Origin: Cyanophora paradoxa CCMP329
Taxonomy: Eukaryota; Plantae; Glaucophyta
Length of the DNA stretch: 64,000 nucleotides
Assembly (NCBI GenBank): GCA_004431415.1
Contig: QPMI01000247.1
Location: 1-64,000 of the forward strand
Direction: 5' to 3'
The translations under genes were made by a program, and so were the position numbers. The notes under the pieces were generated by a model. It had not been told where the DNA came from, made no database searches, and was given only the letters and a program-made list of their open reading frames with translations. Below, in pieces: positions 48,489-61,120 of this stretch (position 1 is the stretch's first letter; the number at the start of each line of letters is the position of its first letter).

Positions 48489-49514
48489 CCTCGAAGGGCA
48501 GCTGCAAGCGCGCGCGGGCCCGGGGCCGCGGCGCGCGCAAGTGGCACCCCTAGCCTGGCGGGCCCGGGGGTCCGCGGGCAGCTCTAGCCATCTAGTGCTC
48601 ATGATCATGTGCATGGGCCCTGCGCAGCTGCGGCGGACGCAAGCTTAAGGGTAGCTATAGCAGATTTTTTTACATGGGTAGAAATCGTGGCGGCGGCGTG
48701 CTTGGCATTGTACATGTTCTCTTCATTATATAATGATTATCGATCGCGATAATTAATATAATGCCCACGGGCCCCGTTCATGATCTTGTCTGAGCGAGGC
48801 CTCGGGCCTAGGCCTAGGTGCCTAGGTCACCTGGTTCCGGCCGTCCGATCATGCCTTGCATGCGGGAAAATGTGCACGTGGTCATGTGTGCGGGAAATTT
48901 CAAGTTTCTCAGTCTCACTGGAGCCGATCATGATCTTAAGCTTGCAATTGCAAATCGCGATCGTTCATCATGGCATGCCTGGGCGCCCGGCGGCCGGCGA
49001 GGCCTAGGTTCCGGCCTGATCAAGATCAGATGTAGGGGTAGGCATGCGCAGCACTGCGGCACGCGCTTGGGGGTAGGGGCAGGCAGCCTGGCAGCACGCG
49101 GTTCGGCATCGTCGCCATGGCGATGCCCACCGAGCTCGAGGGGCCTCGCGCCATCGTCCCGATCGATATCAAGCCTCTCCCCGAGTACCAGTGGTGGGCC
49201 CCTACTAGGCTAGGCGCCGGCCGGAACTTAGGCCTAGCTATAGGCCTCGTTCACACAGATCGTTTTCGAATTCAGTCTCAATGCATTGCACATGTGTGTG
49301 CCTTGCATGCGTTGGATATGACGCACACGATGCACGCAGCTCGGGCGCGCGAAGAACCGAGGAGAAAAACAGATTATGATTATAGTACTTGAAAAGCCTG
49401 AGCCTGATGCTGCTGCCTACTACGGGCGCGGGGGCTCGGGGCGGGCGGGCGGGCGCTCCAGCCCCGCGCGCCCCGGGGCCCCGCTGCGGCTCCGGGGCTG
49501 CGGCGCCGCCGCGC

Positions 49515-51039
49515 CTAGCCCTTGAGCGACTCGGCACCGGAGATAATCTCGATGAGCTCGGTGGTGATGGCCGACTGGCGGGAGCGGTTGTAGTCGAGCT
49601 GGAGGCGGTTGATCATGTCGCCGGCGTTGCGCGTGGCGTTGTCCATGGCCGTCATGCGCGCGCCCTGCTCGCTCGACGCGTTCTCGAGCATCGCGAGTAG
49701 AGCGTGTTCGCCACGTTGAACTCGAAGAGGTTCTGCGCGGCCGGGCGGCTCGGGGGCGGCGGCGCGCGGGGCGGGGGGGGGGGGGGGGGGGGGGTGGTGG
49801 GGGGGAGCGCTGTGGGGCCGGCGGGACGCACGCGGAGGATCTCCTCAGACTCGCCCTCGAACTCGTACTCATCGAATGCGTTCTGCGCGCGGCTCAGCGA
49901 CCACCGCGCGCGGGGGGAGAGGCGCGCAGGCGCCCGCGCCGGCGCACCAGGTTCGCCATGATCGCCGACGACGAGTTGATCGACTTCTTCGTCAGGTCGA
50001 ACGCGATGACCGACTTGAAGCTGCGCGGCATCGCACCGCGTCAAGGGAGCGCGCGCGAGGGACACGGGGGCGAGCGCACGTGTTGTAGATGATGGTGAGC
50101 TTGTCGAAGTCGCGGGACAGGACGCGCTCGGCGATGATAGCCGCCTGCACGCGCGGTGAGCCGGGAACAGAAACAGAAACAAAAGGAAAGGCCGGCGCGG
50201 ACCTGCAGGTAGGTGGCCGGCTGCTTCCAGAGCTCGCTGGTGCTGAGAACGATCTTCTCGCCGTACTCGCGCTGGAGCATCGGCCGGCCCTTGTCACCGA
50301 GGATCATGAGGGCGGTGTCCGCGCTCTTCGCCGCATCCGCCTTCATCGTAACCTGCGCGGAACGAGGACGATCAGACCTAGCCCGGAGACGCAGCTGCCT
50401 CTCCAGGCTCGCCTTCGTGCCCTTCACGACGGCACCGTTGATGCCACCGCAGAGACCACGGTCCGAGGTGATAGCAATGACGAGGTGCTTGAAGCCCTTC
50501 GCGTCCTGGGCCGACTCGTCGGCTGTGGGGGCGCGCCGCTCGTAAGGACACAACCAGGACGTGCACTCTGAGTAGGAACAGCTCACTGGTGATCTTGCCC
50601 TCCAGGAACTGCGACACGGAGGCGCCGAATGGCCGGGACAGCTCCATGCGGGTCTGGGCGCCACGAAGACGGGATGCGGCAACCATCTTCATGGACTTGG
50701 TGATCTTCCGAATGTTCATGACCGACTTCATGCGGTTCTTGACTGCGGCGCAAGGTCGCGTTAGCCCAGAATCGCAGGCGAGAGGCGGCGGTGCGCGATG
50801 ACGAGATCCGAAGGCAGCAGCTCGAAAGCTAAGGCCTCGACCGGATCTGAGCACAAGGCTAACCTTCCTTGCCACCACCGGCGTAGCGGACGCCGTTGGC
50901 CATCTCGCCCGCCGCGCTGCGCACACAGGCGTCAGCGGAATGGCACAGACGGCGGCACGGGGCCTCGGCACCGAGCAGCGGCCGACACGGCGGTCTCATT
51001 GGTCGCCACGCGCGCCTGCGAGGGGCACAAGACATGCAT
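49515..51039 (-). CDS. ATP3: Mitochondrial F1 ATP synthase gamma subunit (spliced; start uncertain)
   Basis: [30 protein letters not shown]; [19 protein letters not shown]; [49 protein letters not shown]. Confidence 0.95.
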
Positions 51040-51430
51040 CAGTGAGACCGCGACGATCTGGCGAGCCGCTAAGCGCCGCGCGGGCGAATCCGCCGGAGGA
51101 CACGCGCAGAGTCGTTCTATAGTTGAAAGGCCGATGGCTGCTGCGTTTCCGGGGGGCTGGGCACTAGAGGAGTCGATAAGTCACAGCCAATCGCGCCCAT
51201 CGCCGCGCCCGCCGGATGCAAAGGGCTGCTCCGCTACGCCCTAAGGACCGTCCGAGCGCACGACGCACCCGCAGAAGCGTGGCGTTCCTAAGGCCCGCCA
51301 GCATCATCGTGGGTACCCGAACTGTGGAGGGGGGGGAGGCATATCGTCGGGGTACTCACGCACTTGGTGGACTAACGTTGTGACCGGGGTCACCACAGTA
51401 GCTCACAGAAGCTTACACAACGAGCGCGCG

Positions 51431-52344
51431 ATGATGGAAGCCAGCCCCGCTCTCCCGATTCGTTGCATGGATAGCCAGACGCGGATCGTCACCCTCGTGC
51501 GTCCGGGTCCGGGTTCCTCCGAGTCTGCTCTCTGCGCCTCTAAGGCTCTTCTCGCGTGAACAGAACGTTGGTGGCCGCCGGTTCCAAACAACTCTAGGTT
51601 CGCCTTGTTGGATCGGTTGCCGACCCGCCGACCGCAACGGTCCAGCGGCCGCCGGCACTTATTTCCGTGCTCCCGGGTTGTTCGTTCGCACACTGTCGCT
51701 GAATTCGGGCCTCCCCCCTCTTTGTTTCGCAGACACACTGTCGTCCCAGCCGGGCACCTTCTTCGAGTCGCTGATGCGGCACCAGTCCACCTCCGGGGAG
51801 ATCTTCATCGACAGAGACGGTGATTATCGTGCCCGTACGCGTCCTTGCGAAGCGCTGAAGCGCTCCCGGCGCGCAGCCGACTGCTTCGTGTACATCATGC
51901 GGTACCTGCGGGACAAGCGGCCGCCAGTGATCCCGAACGACCTCCCGCTCGTCGACGTGAGCGCTTGTGCACGCTTGAAGCGCCGCCGCGCCGCCGCTGA
52001 GCCGCGCCGCGCAGCAACTGCTCCGCGAGGCCGAGTTCTACCAGATCACGGAGCTCATCGAGCACCTCGCGGCGCTGAACGAACAGCTGCTCAAGGAGCA
52101 GGAGCGGACGCAGCGCGAGGCCGAGCGGCAGCTGAAGCGGAAGCCGCTGCCCCCGCCCTCGGACCCGGCGGAGGGGACCGGCTCGCCCATCGCGAAGCGG
52201 ACGCTCGTCCTGTGCTGCGAGCACGCGGGGCGCAACCTGGGCGCGATGCTCGACGCGGAGGAGGCGGCGTACCCCGACCCGGCCCCGGCCCCCCGGCGGC
52301 TCTTCGGGGGGGACCGCGTCTTCAGCACGGACGAGGACTTCTGA
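51431..52344 (+). CDS. KCTD-type BTB/POZ (T1) domain protein, spliced
   Basis: IVTLNVGGRRFQTTLDTLSSQPGTFFESLM..IFIDRDADCFVYIMRYLRD..LLREAEFYQITELI; stop at 52344. Confidence 0.9.
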
Positions 52345-52612
52345 TCGGGGGGTGCAGCAGCGAGTGGCCGCAGCCACAGCGCCCTTTCCCCATCTCCTCG
52401 CGGGTGCTTCTCAGCGCTCGCCCCCGTGCGGGCCCCCACTCTTCTGGGGCCTCGCATGGACTCTTTTTTCCGCTCTCGACGCCTCGGGAAGGTTGTTTTC
52501 TAGCTTGTTGATACGTAGGTTTCATTGGTTCTTTTGACAGAAAAAGCAGCGCCCCTTTTTGAAAAAGCGGATCGGGGGGCCAGCGGGCGGGGACGGGGGG
52601 TCGGGGTCGGAT

Positions 52613-55600
52613 CTAGAGCGCCGGCTCGCCGATCGGTGCGAATTCGAAGGAGCGAACGGCGGCGGACATCTCCTGCGGTACGTAGGGTGCCCCGGGCGTG
52701 AGCGGGTGGGTGGGGGAACAAGGAAGGGGTACGATCACCTCGAAGAGGGGGCCCTTGTCCGGGTTCCCCCCGCGGGCGGCGAAGGCGGAGGCGGCGCGCT
52801 GGAGGCGGGCGTACAGCGCCTCCAGGTCCTCCACGCTGCGGGGGGGAGAGGTCAGGGGGGAAAAGGCGGCGGGGGTACATCGCGGGGGGGGGGGGGGCGG
52901 GGCAGGGCGGACCAGCGGCCGCGGGTGTGGGAGACGGCGAGGTCGAGGAGGGAGGCGATCTCGGCGCTGTAGTCGCGCTCGGGGGCCGGCGGGGACGGCG
53001 CCCGCGCAGAGGGCGCCTCCTCCGGCTGCGAGGCCGGCGCCTCGGGGGCCGCCGCTGCCACCGCCGCCGCGCCCGCGGGGGCCTCCTGAGCCGGCGCCGG
53101 CGCCGGCGCCGGCGGCGGGGACGGGGAGGGGCGGCGGGGCGGCTCGGAGGAGGCGCCCTCGGCGCCCGACTCGGAGGCGTCGGCGGGGGCGGCGCCCGAG
53201 GCGGAGCCGCCGCGGGCGCGCTTGCGGGCGGGGGCGCCGCTCGCCGAGCTGTTGCCGCTGCTGCGGCGGGCCGCCGGCGCGGACCCCGACGCGGCCTCTG
53301 CCGAGGTCGGCGAGGTCGCGGCGGGGCCCTCCGCGCTGCCGCCAGCCGCTGCGGGGGTTTCCTCCGCCCCGGCAGCCGCCGCCGGCGCCTCCTCGGCGGC
53401 GCCCGGCTCGGCCTCGGCCTCCTTCGCGGCGGTGGCCTCGTTGGCCCCGCCCTCCTCCTCCTCCTCCTCGCTGTCCCGGTTGCGCTTCCAGCGCCGCGCG
53501 CGCGGGGCGGCCGCCGCGGGGGCCGGCTCGGCGGAGGACGAGGAGGAGGCGCGGCCCTCGGAGCCGGCAGGGATTCCCTCGATCCACGCCGGGAGCGATC
53601 CGATCTGCCGGGGCCCCTCAGAAAAGAAGAAGGGACGAACGAGAGGCGGGCGGGGCGCGCCTCGGTACCGCGGCGGGCGGCGATGCGCTCGGTGGCGCGG
53701 ACGAGGTCGCGGTCCAGGTCCCGCAGGCCCTGCAGCGCCGTCTCGTACAGCTCGTACGCCTGCCAGGTGAGCTCGTCAGGACGTGCGTGCGTGCGTGCGG
53801 GCGGGGAGGGGGCGGGCGGACGCGGGCGGTGATCTTGCGGCCAAGCTCCTGGCTCTCGGGGTTGTAGAGGCGGGCGGCGGCGAAGATGAGGCCCATATCC
53901 GCCATCAGCGGCTTCAGGCAGTTGTACCGGTGCTTGTTCTGCGGCCGTGCCGTTCGGACGGGGCTGGGGAGGCGGGGAGCGGGCGGGCGGGGAGGCATGG
54001 GGGCGGGGCGCACGATGCGGTCGATGATGGTGGAGAGGTCCATCGGCTCCTTGACGACCTCGTAGTAGTCCGGCGCCTCCTCCGCGTCCTGCCGCCCCGC
54101 CCTCTCAGGCGCGGGGTGGGGGAGGGAGGGAGGGAGGGTGGCGCACCACGGGCTGCGCGAACATCTTGAACTTGGAGTTGTACGCCAGCCGCGAGACGAA
54201 GTCCCGCAGCACCTGAGCGGCCTCTGAGCGCGGCGGGGCGGGCGGGCAGGCGGATCGCCCCCGGGCCGGCTAGTCAGTCACCTGGCGGAAGTCGCGGAGG
54301 ATCTCCTCCTCCTCGGCCTCGATCTCCTTCAGGTCCGCCGCGCTCAGCTCCGGCGCCGGCGGCGGCGGCGCGCGGGGCAGCGCCTCCGACATGCGCTGCC
54401 GCCGGCGCGCCGCGGGGTCTGTCCCCCGCCGCGTCGCCACGACGCCCGCAAGCAGCCCGGCAAAGAGCGCCCGGCGCTCCGCGTCCCCGGGGGGCGCGCA
54501 GGCCAGGCGCTGCGAGGGGGGGAAGAGCGCCGCAGCCTCCTCGGGCAGCTCGTCCGCCGGGACCTGTGCCCCCGTCCGCCCCGCCTCGTCCGCTGCGCCA
54601 AGACCGGAGCGGGGGAGCGCGGGGGCGTAGGGGCACCTCGCAGGTGGCGACGACCATGAGGGGCGCGGCGGGCGGGATCTGCGGCGCCCGTCAGGGCGGG
54701 GGCGGGGGCGGAGCGTGGGGGAGGGTACGAGCGCACGTCGCGGAGGAGGGTCCAGAGGGTGGCGCGGAGGGCGGGCTCGGCGGTGCGCCACCAGAGGTTG
54801 AGGTGGGAGAGGAGGAGGACGGCGGGCGCCGCGCGGCGGGCCTCGCCGACGGCCCGCACGAGGGCCTCCTCGACGTTCTTGGCGTTGAGGTCGGAGTAGA
54901 GGGAGGGGAGGTCGATGGCGTGCACGGGGAACTGCTCCAGGGCGTGCAGCGCCGCCGCCGCCACGTGCGCCTGGCCCGAGCCCGGCGGGCCGTGGATCAG
55001 CAGCCGCGGCCGGAAGCCGACGGCGCCGGCGCCGCCGCCGCCGAGGAGGGCCAGGGCGCGGGGCGCGTCCGGGGCGCCCGCGGAGAAGTCCTCGTCCTCG
55101 TCCGCGAACGCGTAGATGTCGTCGTCCGGGTCCGCGTCCCCGGCGGCCCGGCGGCGGCGGAGGCGGCGGAGGCGGCGGCCTCGGGGGAGGAGGCGGCGGC
55201 GGCGGCGCGGCGGCGGAGGGCGGCGTAGGGGGGGAAGACCTCCTCGCAGGCCGCGAGGAAGGCGTCGAGGGCGGGCCCCAGGACGGGGGCGAGGTGCCCG
55301 GGCAGCGCCCGCGCGTTGGTGCGCGCCGAGCGGTGCGAGGAGGGCGTGATGGCCCGGAACGCGGCCTCGAAGTCCGCACGGATGAGCCGGATCTAGACGG
55401 CGCCGCGTCAGGGCCGGGCCGGGCAAGGCCGGGCGGGGCCGGAGGGGGGCGGGCGCGTTGGGCGCACCTGGTCCAGGTCCAGGGCGCACTTCTCCGCGAG
55501 GGAGTAGATCTGGGGGTACCGCCTCCGCACGGCCCGGAGCGCCGCCTCCGTGCAGAGTGCCTTCAGGTCCGCCCCGCAGTACCTGCCGGCAGATCAGGTC

Positions 55601-58600
55601 AGATCAGATCTGATCTGATCCGAGCGGATCGTCTGGGGGGTACGGCCGCACCCGACGCAGCGGTCGGCGATGGCGTCGATGAGGGGGCCCGGGAGGGCGG
55701 GCTCCCAGCTCCGCGTGTGAATGCGCAGGATCGCCCGGCGCGACACCTGCGGGGGCGGGGCGGGGCGGGGGCGGTTCAGAGGGGCCCCTTCCGAGCAGTG
55801 CTAGGGTTCTAGGGCCGGATTCCCTTGGCGGCGCGGGCTCGGTTACCCTCTCTATCGGCACGGCGGCGAACACGCGGCGCGCCTCGCGGGCGCCAGCGGC
55901 GCGCGCTAAGCTCAACTGTAGCGAGACATATCTTCATGGCCCGGCGCCCCATACCCCTTCTCCCCTCCCTACGCGGTACCCCGGGCGGACCTGGGAGGGG
56001 AGGGGGAAGAGGAGCTCGCGGTCGAAGCGGCCGGGGCGGCGCAGTGCGGGGTCCAGGCTGTCGATCCGGTTCGTCGCCCCGATCACGATGACCTGCGGGG
56101 CGGGCCGGCGCGTCAGAGCCCGGAAGCAGGAGGAGGAGAAGGAAGAGGCAGGGAGAGGGGGAGGGGACCTGGCCGCGGGAGTCAAGGCCGTCCATGAGGG
56201 CCAGCAGCGTCGACACGATCGAGGAGTGGATCTGCGGGCGCTCAGAGGCGGGAGGGCGGCGAGGGGAGGGCGGGGCCGGGAGAAGGGGGACCTGGTCCTG
56301 CCGAGAGGAGCGGACGGGGGCGAGCCCGTCGATCTCGTCGAAGAAGATGATTGCCGGCTGCGCGAGGGCGGGCGAGGCTCAGGGCCCGAGGAGGGAGCTG
56401 GCGGCCGCGAGGGAGGGCGGGCCTGGGACTTGTAGGCGACGTCGAAGAGGAGCCGCAGCTGCCGCTCCGCCTCGCCCACCCACCTGCCCGGGCACACCGC
56501 GTTAGCCAGGAGGGAGGCGGCGGGGCGGGGCGGGGCGGGGCGGGGCGGGACGCGCTTGGTGAGGCAGTCGGCGCCCTTGCGCATGAAGAAGGAGACCTTC
56601 TTGCCGCCGGCCGAGCACGTGTTCGCCAGCGCCCTGCGGGGCGAGAGGGGCGAGCGTGAGCGCGCCGCGCCCTCGGGCCGGAGCGCGCGGGGCCCGCGGG
56701 GAAGCAGGGCGGGAAGGAAGCACCGGGCGACGAGGGTCTTGCCGGTGCCTGGCGGCCCGTAGAAGAGCACGCCCCGCGGCGGCGCGATCTTGAACTTGTC
56801 GAAGACCTGGGCGGAGGGGGCGCGAGGGTCGGAAGGAGGAGGCGGGGAGGGGAGTAGAGAAGGGGAAAGCACCTCGGGGTACAGAAGCGGGAGGATGACC
56901 ATCTCCTTAAGCGCTGCGGTGCGGGGCCGAGGGGTGAGGAGGGGGGTACAGGAGCGCGGGCGGGAGGGGGGTACGGACCGCGGACGTGCTCGTCGAGGCC
57001 GCCGACGTCGCCCCAGCCGATGCTCTGGTCGATCGTCATCGGATCGATGTCCGCCGGGCCGCTCTGGGGCGGGCAGGGCCGGGGGCGTCAGAAAGGGGCG
57101 GATGGAGGGGCTGGGGAGGGGAGGGCGCCGGACCTTGGGGCCCATGGAGGGGCCGGCCGGGCGGCGCTCCATTAGGTCCGGCAGGCCCGGGATGCTGCGC
57201 CGCAGGTAGGCCGCGTACGGCGAGTCCCCCGTGGGCGCGTCCGGCGCCAGGTTGCTCGCGTGCGCAATGCGCTCCCGGTTCTTCGCCAGCGAGCGCGCCT
57301 GGCGGGGGCAGACGCGTCAGAGCGGCCCGGGCCGGATCGGATCGGAGGGGGGGTACGGGGTTCTCGCCTGCTTGCGGGAGAACTCGTCGTCGTCGGAGAT
57401 GTTGGCGTACGCCTCTGCGAGGCTCATGAGCGAGCCGCCGGCGCGCTTCCGCCGCACCTGGCGCGCCAAGTCAGGCGGCGCGGGGCGGAGAGAAGGCGCA
57501 GGCAGGGAGGAAGGGCGCACGGCGTTGGGGGACACGCAGAAGAAGTCCCGCGGGACGGCGCCGTGCCCGCCGCTCGAGCGGCCCTCCTAGAGACGAAGAG
57601 AGCGTGAGCGGCTGGCTACAGGGAAGGCGCCGTGCCCGCCGCTCGAGCGGCCCTCCTAGAGACGCGGGCGGGAGGGAAGGGGCCGCACGTCGTCGCGGTG
57701 GCGGGAGCCGGCGGCGCGGACGGCCCGGCGCAGGTCCCGCTCGTAGCGGCGGCCTGCGAGCCCCAGCGTGTTGCGCGACGGGCTGAAGCGGTGCGCCTCC
57801 TGCCGCTTCCGCAGGCTGCGTGCGCGCGCGCGCGCGGGCGGGCGCGGTGAGCGGCGGAACGGAACAGAGCGCGCTGCGCGCCGTGCGGGCCGGGGCGAGG
57901 CAGGCAGGCAGGCACCTGTAGCGCCGCCCGCCGTCGTCCGAGCCGCTGCTGGAGGATTCGCCGCCGTCGCCGTCGCTCATGCGGCGGTCCCGCTCGCGCC
58001 GCGACGGCACGGCGCCGCCGCGGGAGGACGACGCGGCGGCCGCCGAGCGGCGCTGCCGGAGGCCGCCGCCCACCTCCCGCGCGGCCGCGAGGAACAGCGA
58101 CTCGTCGTTGCCGTTCAGCACGGGGTCCCGCTTGCGGCGGTTGGCCTTGCGCCCCGCGGGGTCCTCGCGCCCGCTCGCGCCCTCCTCCTCCTCCTCCTCC
58201 TCGCCCTCCTCCCCATCCTCCTCGCCCTCCTCCTCCTGCTCTTCGCCGCCCTCGGCGTCTCCGTCGCCGTCGGCGCCGGCAGACTCGCCGGGCGCGCCCT
58301 CCTCGCCGGCCGCGCCCTCCTCGCCGGCCGCCGGCCCGTCCTCGTCCCCCTCGCGCGCCGCGCCCTTCCGGCCGCGCTTCCGCCGCCGGCCGACACCGTC
58401 CTCGCCCTCCTCGTCCCCAGCCTCGTCGCCCGCCTCCTCGCCCTCTGCGGGCCGGGCCGGTGAGGAAGGCCGGCGGGCGGGCGCGCGGCATCGATCGCGC
58501 GCACCGGCGCGATCGGCCTCGCTCCCCTCCTCGCCGCCGTCGCTCTCGTCGCGGCCGTCACGCTCCTCCTCGTCCTGGGAAGCGTCGCGCCGGCCGCGGA

Positions 58601-58926
58601 GTCGGCGGCCGTGCCCGGGCGGCGCCGAGGAGGCGCCTTCGCCGGATCGCGGGTTGGATCCGCGCAGCGTGCGGCCGCGCGAAGCGGACGGGACAGCGGC
58701 CGTCGACGGCTCGTCCCCCGAGTCGGCCCCGCGGCGCTGTGACCGCCGCGTCGAGTAGGGGCGCGCTGGGATGTCGTCCTCGGAGTCCTCCTTGAATCTC
58801 AAGGGCTCTCTCCGGTGGCGGGACGGGTAACGCAACGAGCGCGCTCGCTCGGGCTGCGACGCGAACGTGAGCATCGCAACCCAAAGGACGGTGCACGGCA
58901 GACCTCTTCACGGAAGCGGCCTCCAT
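52613..58926 (-). CDS. ATAD2: ATAD2/Yta7-like AAA+ ATPase with bromodomain (spliced)
   Basis: [106 protein letters not shown]; second [18 protein letters not shown]; bromodomain [23 protein letters not shown]; acidic disordered N-terminus. Confidence 0.95.
57557..57664 (-). repeat. 39-bp exact duplication spanning a 3' splice site in ATAD2
   Basis: ggcgccgtgcccgccgctcgagcggccctcctagagacg at 57557-57595 and 57626-57664. Confidence 0.9.
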
Positions 58927-59324
58927 CGGAACGCTGCTTGCGCGGGCTGGGCGAGTGCCGCCGATCGCTCAAACGCTGCCGAAAGACCGCCTGGTCCACT
59001 TTTGAAGGGTGGCGCGCCGCCGGAACACCAACGGGAGGGGCCAGAGCATTAGCAAATCATTATTACAACATGGAGATGCAATTCGAACGCCGGCGGGGGG
59101 TCCGCGTGCGCGGGACGGGCGGGCGCACGCTTTGAAAATGCTTCATCTTCCCGGTAGGAAATCGTCTGCTGCCTGTTTCGGAAGGAGTATCCGGTGTGGT
59201 CGGGATCGCTCTGCTTCATCGGTTCCGGCCGGCGCTCTGCTTCCCGCGCTCAGCGCCGATGTCACCCTGTACCCGTAGGCCCAAGTTCGACTTAGTTCGT
59301 CTTAGTTCGACTGTCCAAACCCCG

Positions 59325-61021
59325 ATGCGCCCGTCCACGGCCGCCGCTCGTCGAGCGGCACCAGCTGCAGCTGCCACGGAAGCGAAGCCGCCGCCGCCCT
59401 CGCTGCCCGACCTGCCTCAACCGCTGCTCGCCCAAATCCTGCTGCTCCTCGATCCGGTCGAGCGCGGCCGCGCGGTGCAGTCCTCTGTCCCCAGGCCGCG
59501 TAATCGCCCTGAGCTCCGCGCAGGCCCGAATCTGCAGGGCGCTCCGCGCGGCGGTGGACGATCCGGCGCTCTGGCCGGACATGCAGCTGCGGCTCGGCGT
59601 CGGCACCGGCCGTCCGACTTCCTCCGCGTCGGCATCCGCTCGGCGAGTCCCCTCCTGGTTCGCCGCCGCCGCGCCCCAGGCAGCGCCCTCGACGCCGGCC
59701 GGGAGTCCCGCGCGAGGCGGCCAGCCGCCGATCCCGTTCGACGAGGCGATCGGGGTGCTGGCGAGGGCACGGCACGCCTCCACGGGGCGGCTCCTGCTGC
59801 GGCTCGAGGCCGGCTTCCTCGACGAGGCCCCCGCCGCCCTCCGCTTCGACTTCCTGCGCGCCGTACCCCTCCGCTCCCTCCGCATCGAGGTCCTCCCCGG
59901 CGGCCCCGGAACCGCAACCCTCCCGCGTGGATTGGAACCCGCGGACCTCGAGGCCATCGCCGCCGCCACGGGCGGCGAGCCCGCCGAGGAAGGCCCCTCG
60001 GGCCCCTCCCCCCCGGGGGCCTCCCGCCTCGCGCGCCTCTCGTACCCCCCGCAGCGCCTCTACGAGCGCGGCCTGGCGGAGACCCTCGGACGCTGCTTCC
60101 CCGCTCTGGTCTCCCTCGACCTCCAGACCCCTACCCCCCCTGAGCTCGTCCCCGGCCTCCTCCACTCGCTCCCCGCCCTCAGACGCCTGCGCTCGGTGCG
60201 ACTCGGCTTCCCGACCCCGCCGGGCGCCGAGACGAGCGACGAGGAGTGCTTCCTCTCCCTCCTCTCCGGCCAGGCCGCCGCCGCCGCCCTCGCCGAGAGG
60301 GGTACCGCGCTGCGCGAGCTCCGCCTCTGCTTCGCCCCCCCTGGCCGCCGCTGCCCCCTGCACGGCCTCCCCTGGGAGGACGTCCTGACCGCCTGTGCCC
60401 CCCGCGCCCTCCACCTCCGGTTCCACCCCCAGGAGATGTACCCTGGGGCCCTCTCCCGCCTCCGCCTCGCCGCCTCGCCCCCCCCGCCGGCCCCGGCCCC
60501 GCGGCCCTCGCGCCCCGGCGCCGCCCCCGGCGCCTCCGCCCCGACCCGGCGAAAGAGGCGGCGGCTCGGCTCCGGGCCGCGGTCCGCGAGATCACCCTCG
60601 AGCTCGTTGGGTGCCCCCCGGCCCCGCCGCCCCGCGGCCTCCCCGAGCTCCAGCGTACGCCCCCGCTACCCGTACCCCCTCCGCCGCTCACCCCCTCCCC
60701 CGCAGAGCTGCTGGAGGACCTGCCGGCGCTGTACCCCGCCTGCGGAGCCTGGCGGTGCGGGGGCCGCGCCTCCGGAACCGGGCGGCGCTCTCCTCCGCCC
60801 TCTCGTCCCTCCCCCTGGCCGTCCTGGAGCTGGACCCCCTCCCCGGCACCTCCCTCCGCCCCCGGAGCGCCGGCGCAGCCCCGCGCGCCCCGCGCCCGCC
60901 CGGCGCCGGCCCCGCCCCTTCGCGGTCCGGGGCGCCCTGGGAGCGCCTGCCCGACCGGGCCCCCGCCGCGTCCCCCGATCGCGAGTGGGCCGACAGCGCG
61001 AGCGACGGCGACGGCGACTGA
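59325..61021 (+). CDS. F-box protein with degenerate LRR-like C-terminal region
   Basis: SLPDLPQPLLAQILLLLDPVERGRA..RICRALRAAVDDPALW; later LRSLRI, FPALVSLDL, LPALRRLRSVRL, LRELRL, LAVLEL. Probable small frameshifts or introns in the 3' part. Confidence 0.75.
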
Positions 61022-61120
61022 GTGGCATGAGGGGCGACGTGCTCAGACGAAAGGAGATTTAGATAAAGAAGATGCGTTAACATTGTGTTAGAGGAAGAAG
61101 AACTCGGGCTATGATCGCGG

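Noticed and set aside
49117-49392. Short ORF MAMPTELEGPRAIVPIDIKPLPEYQWWAP
   Set aside because: No recognisable domain, and it degrades into palindrome-rich sequence; possibly a decayed fragment but unsupported.
49515-51039. Plastid ATP synthase gamma (atpC)
   Set aside because: Motifs [11 protein letters not shown] and LCGGIN and the lack of an AF-type presequence fit the mitochondrial subunit better.
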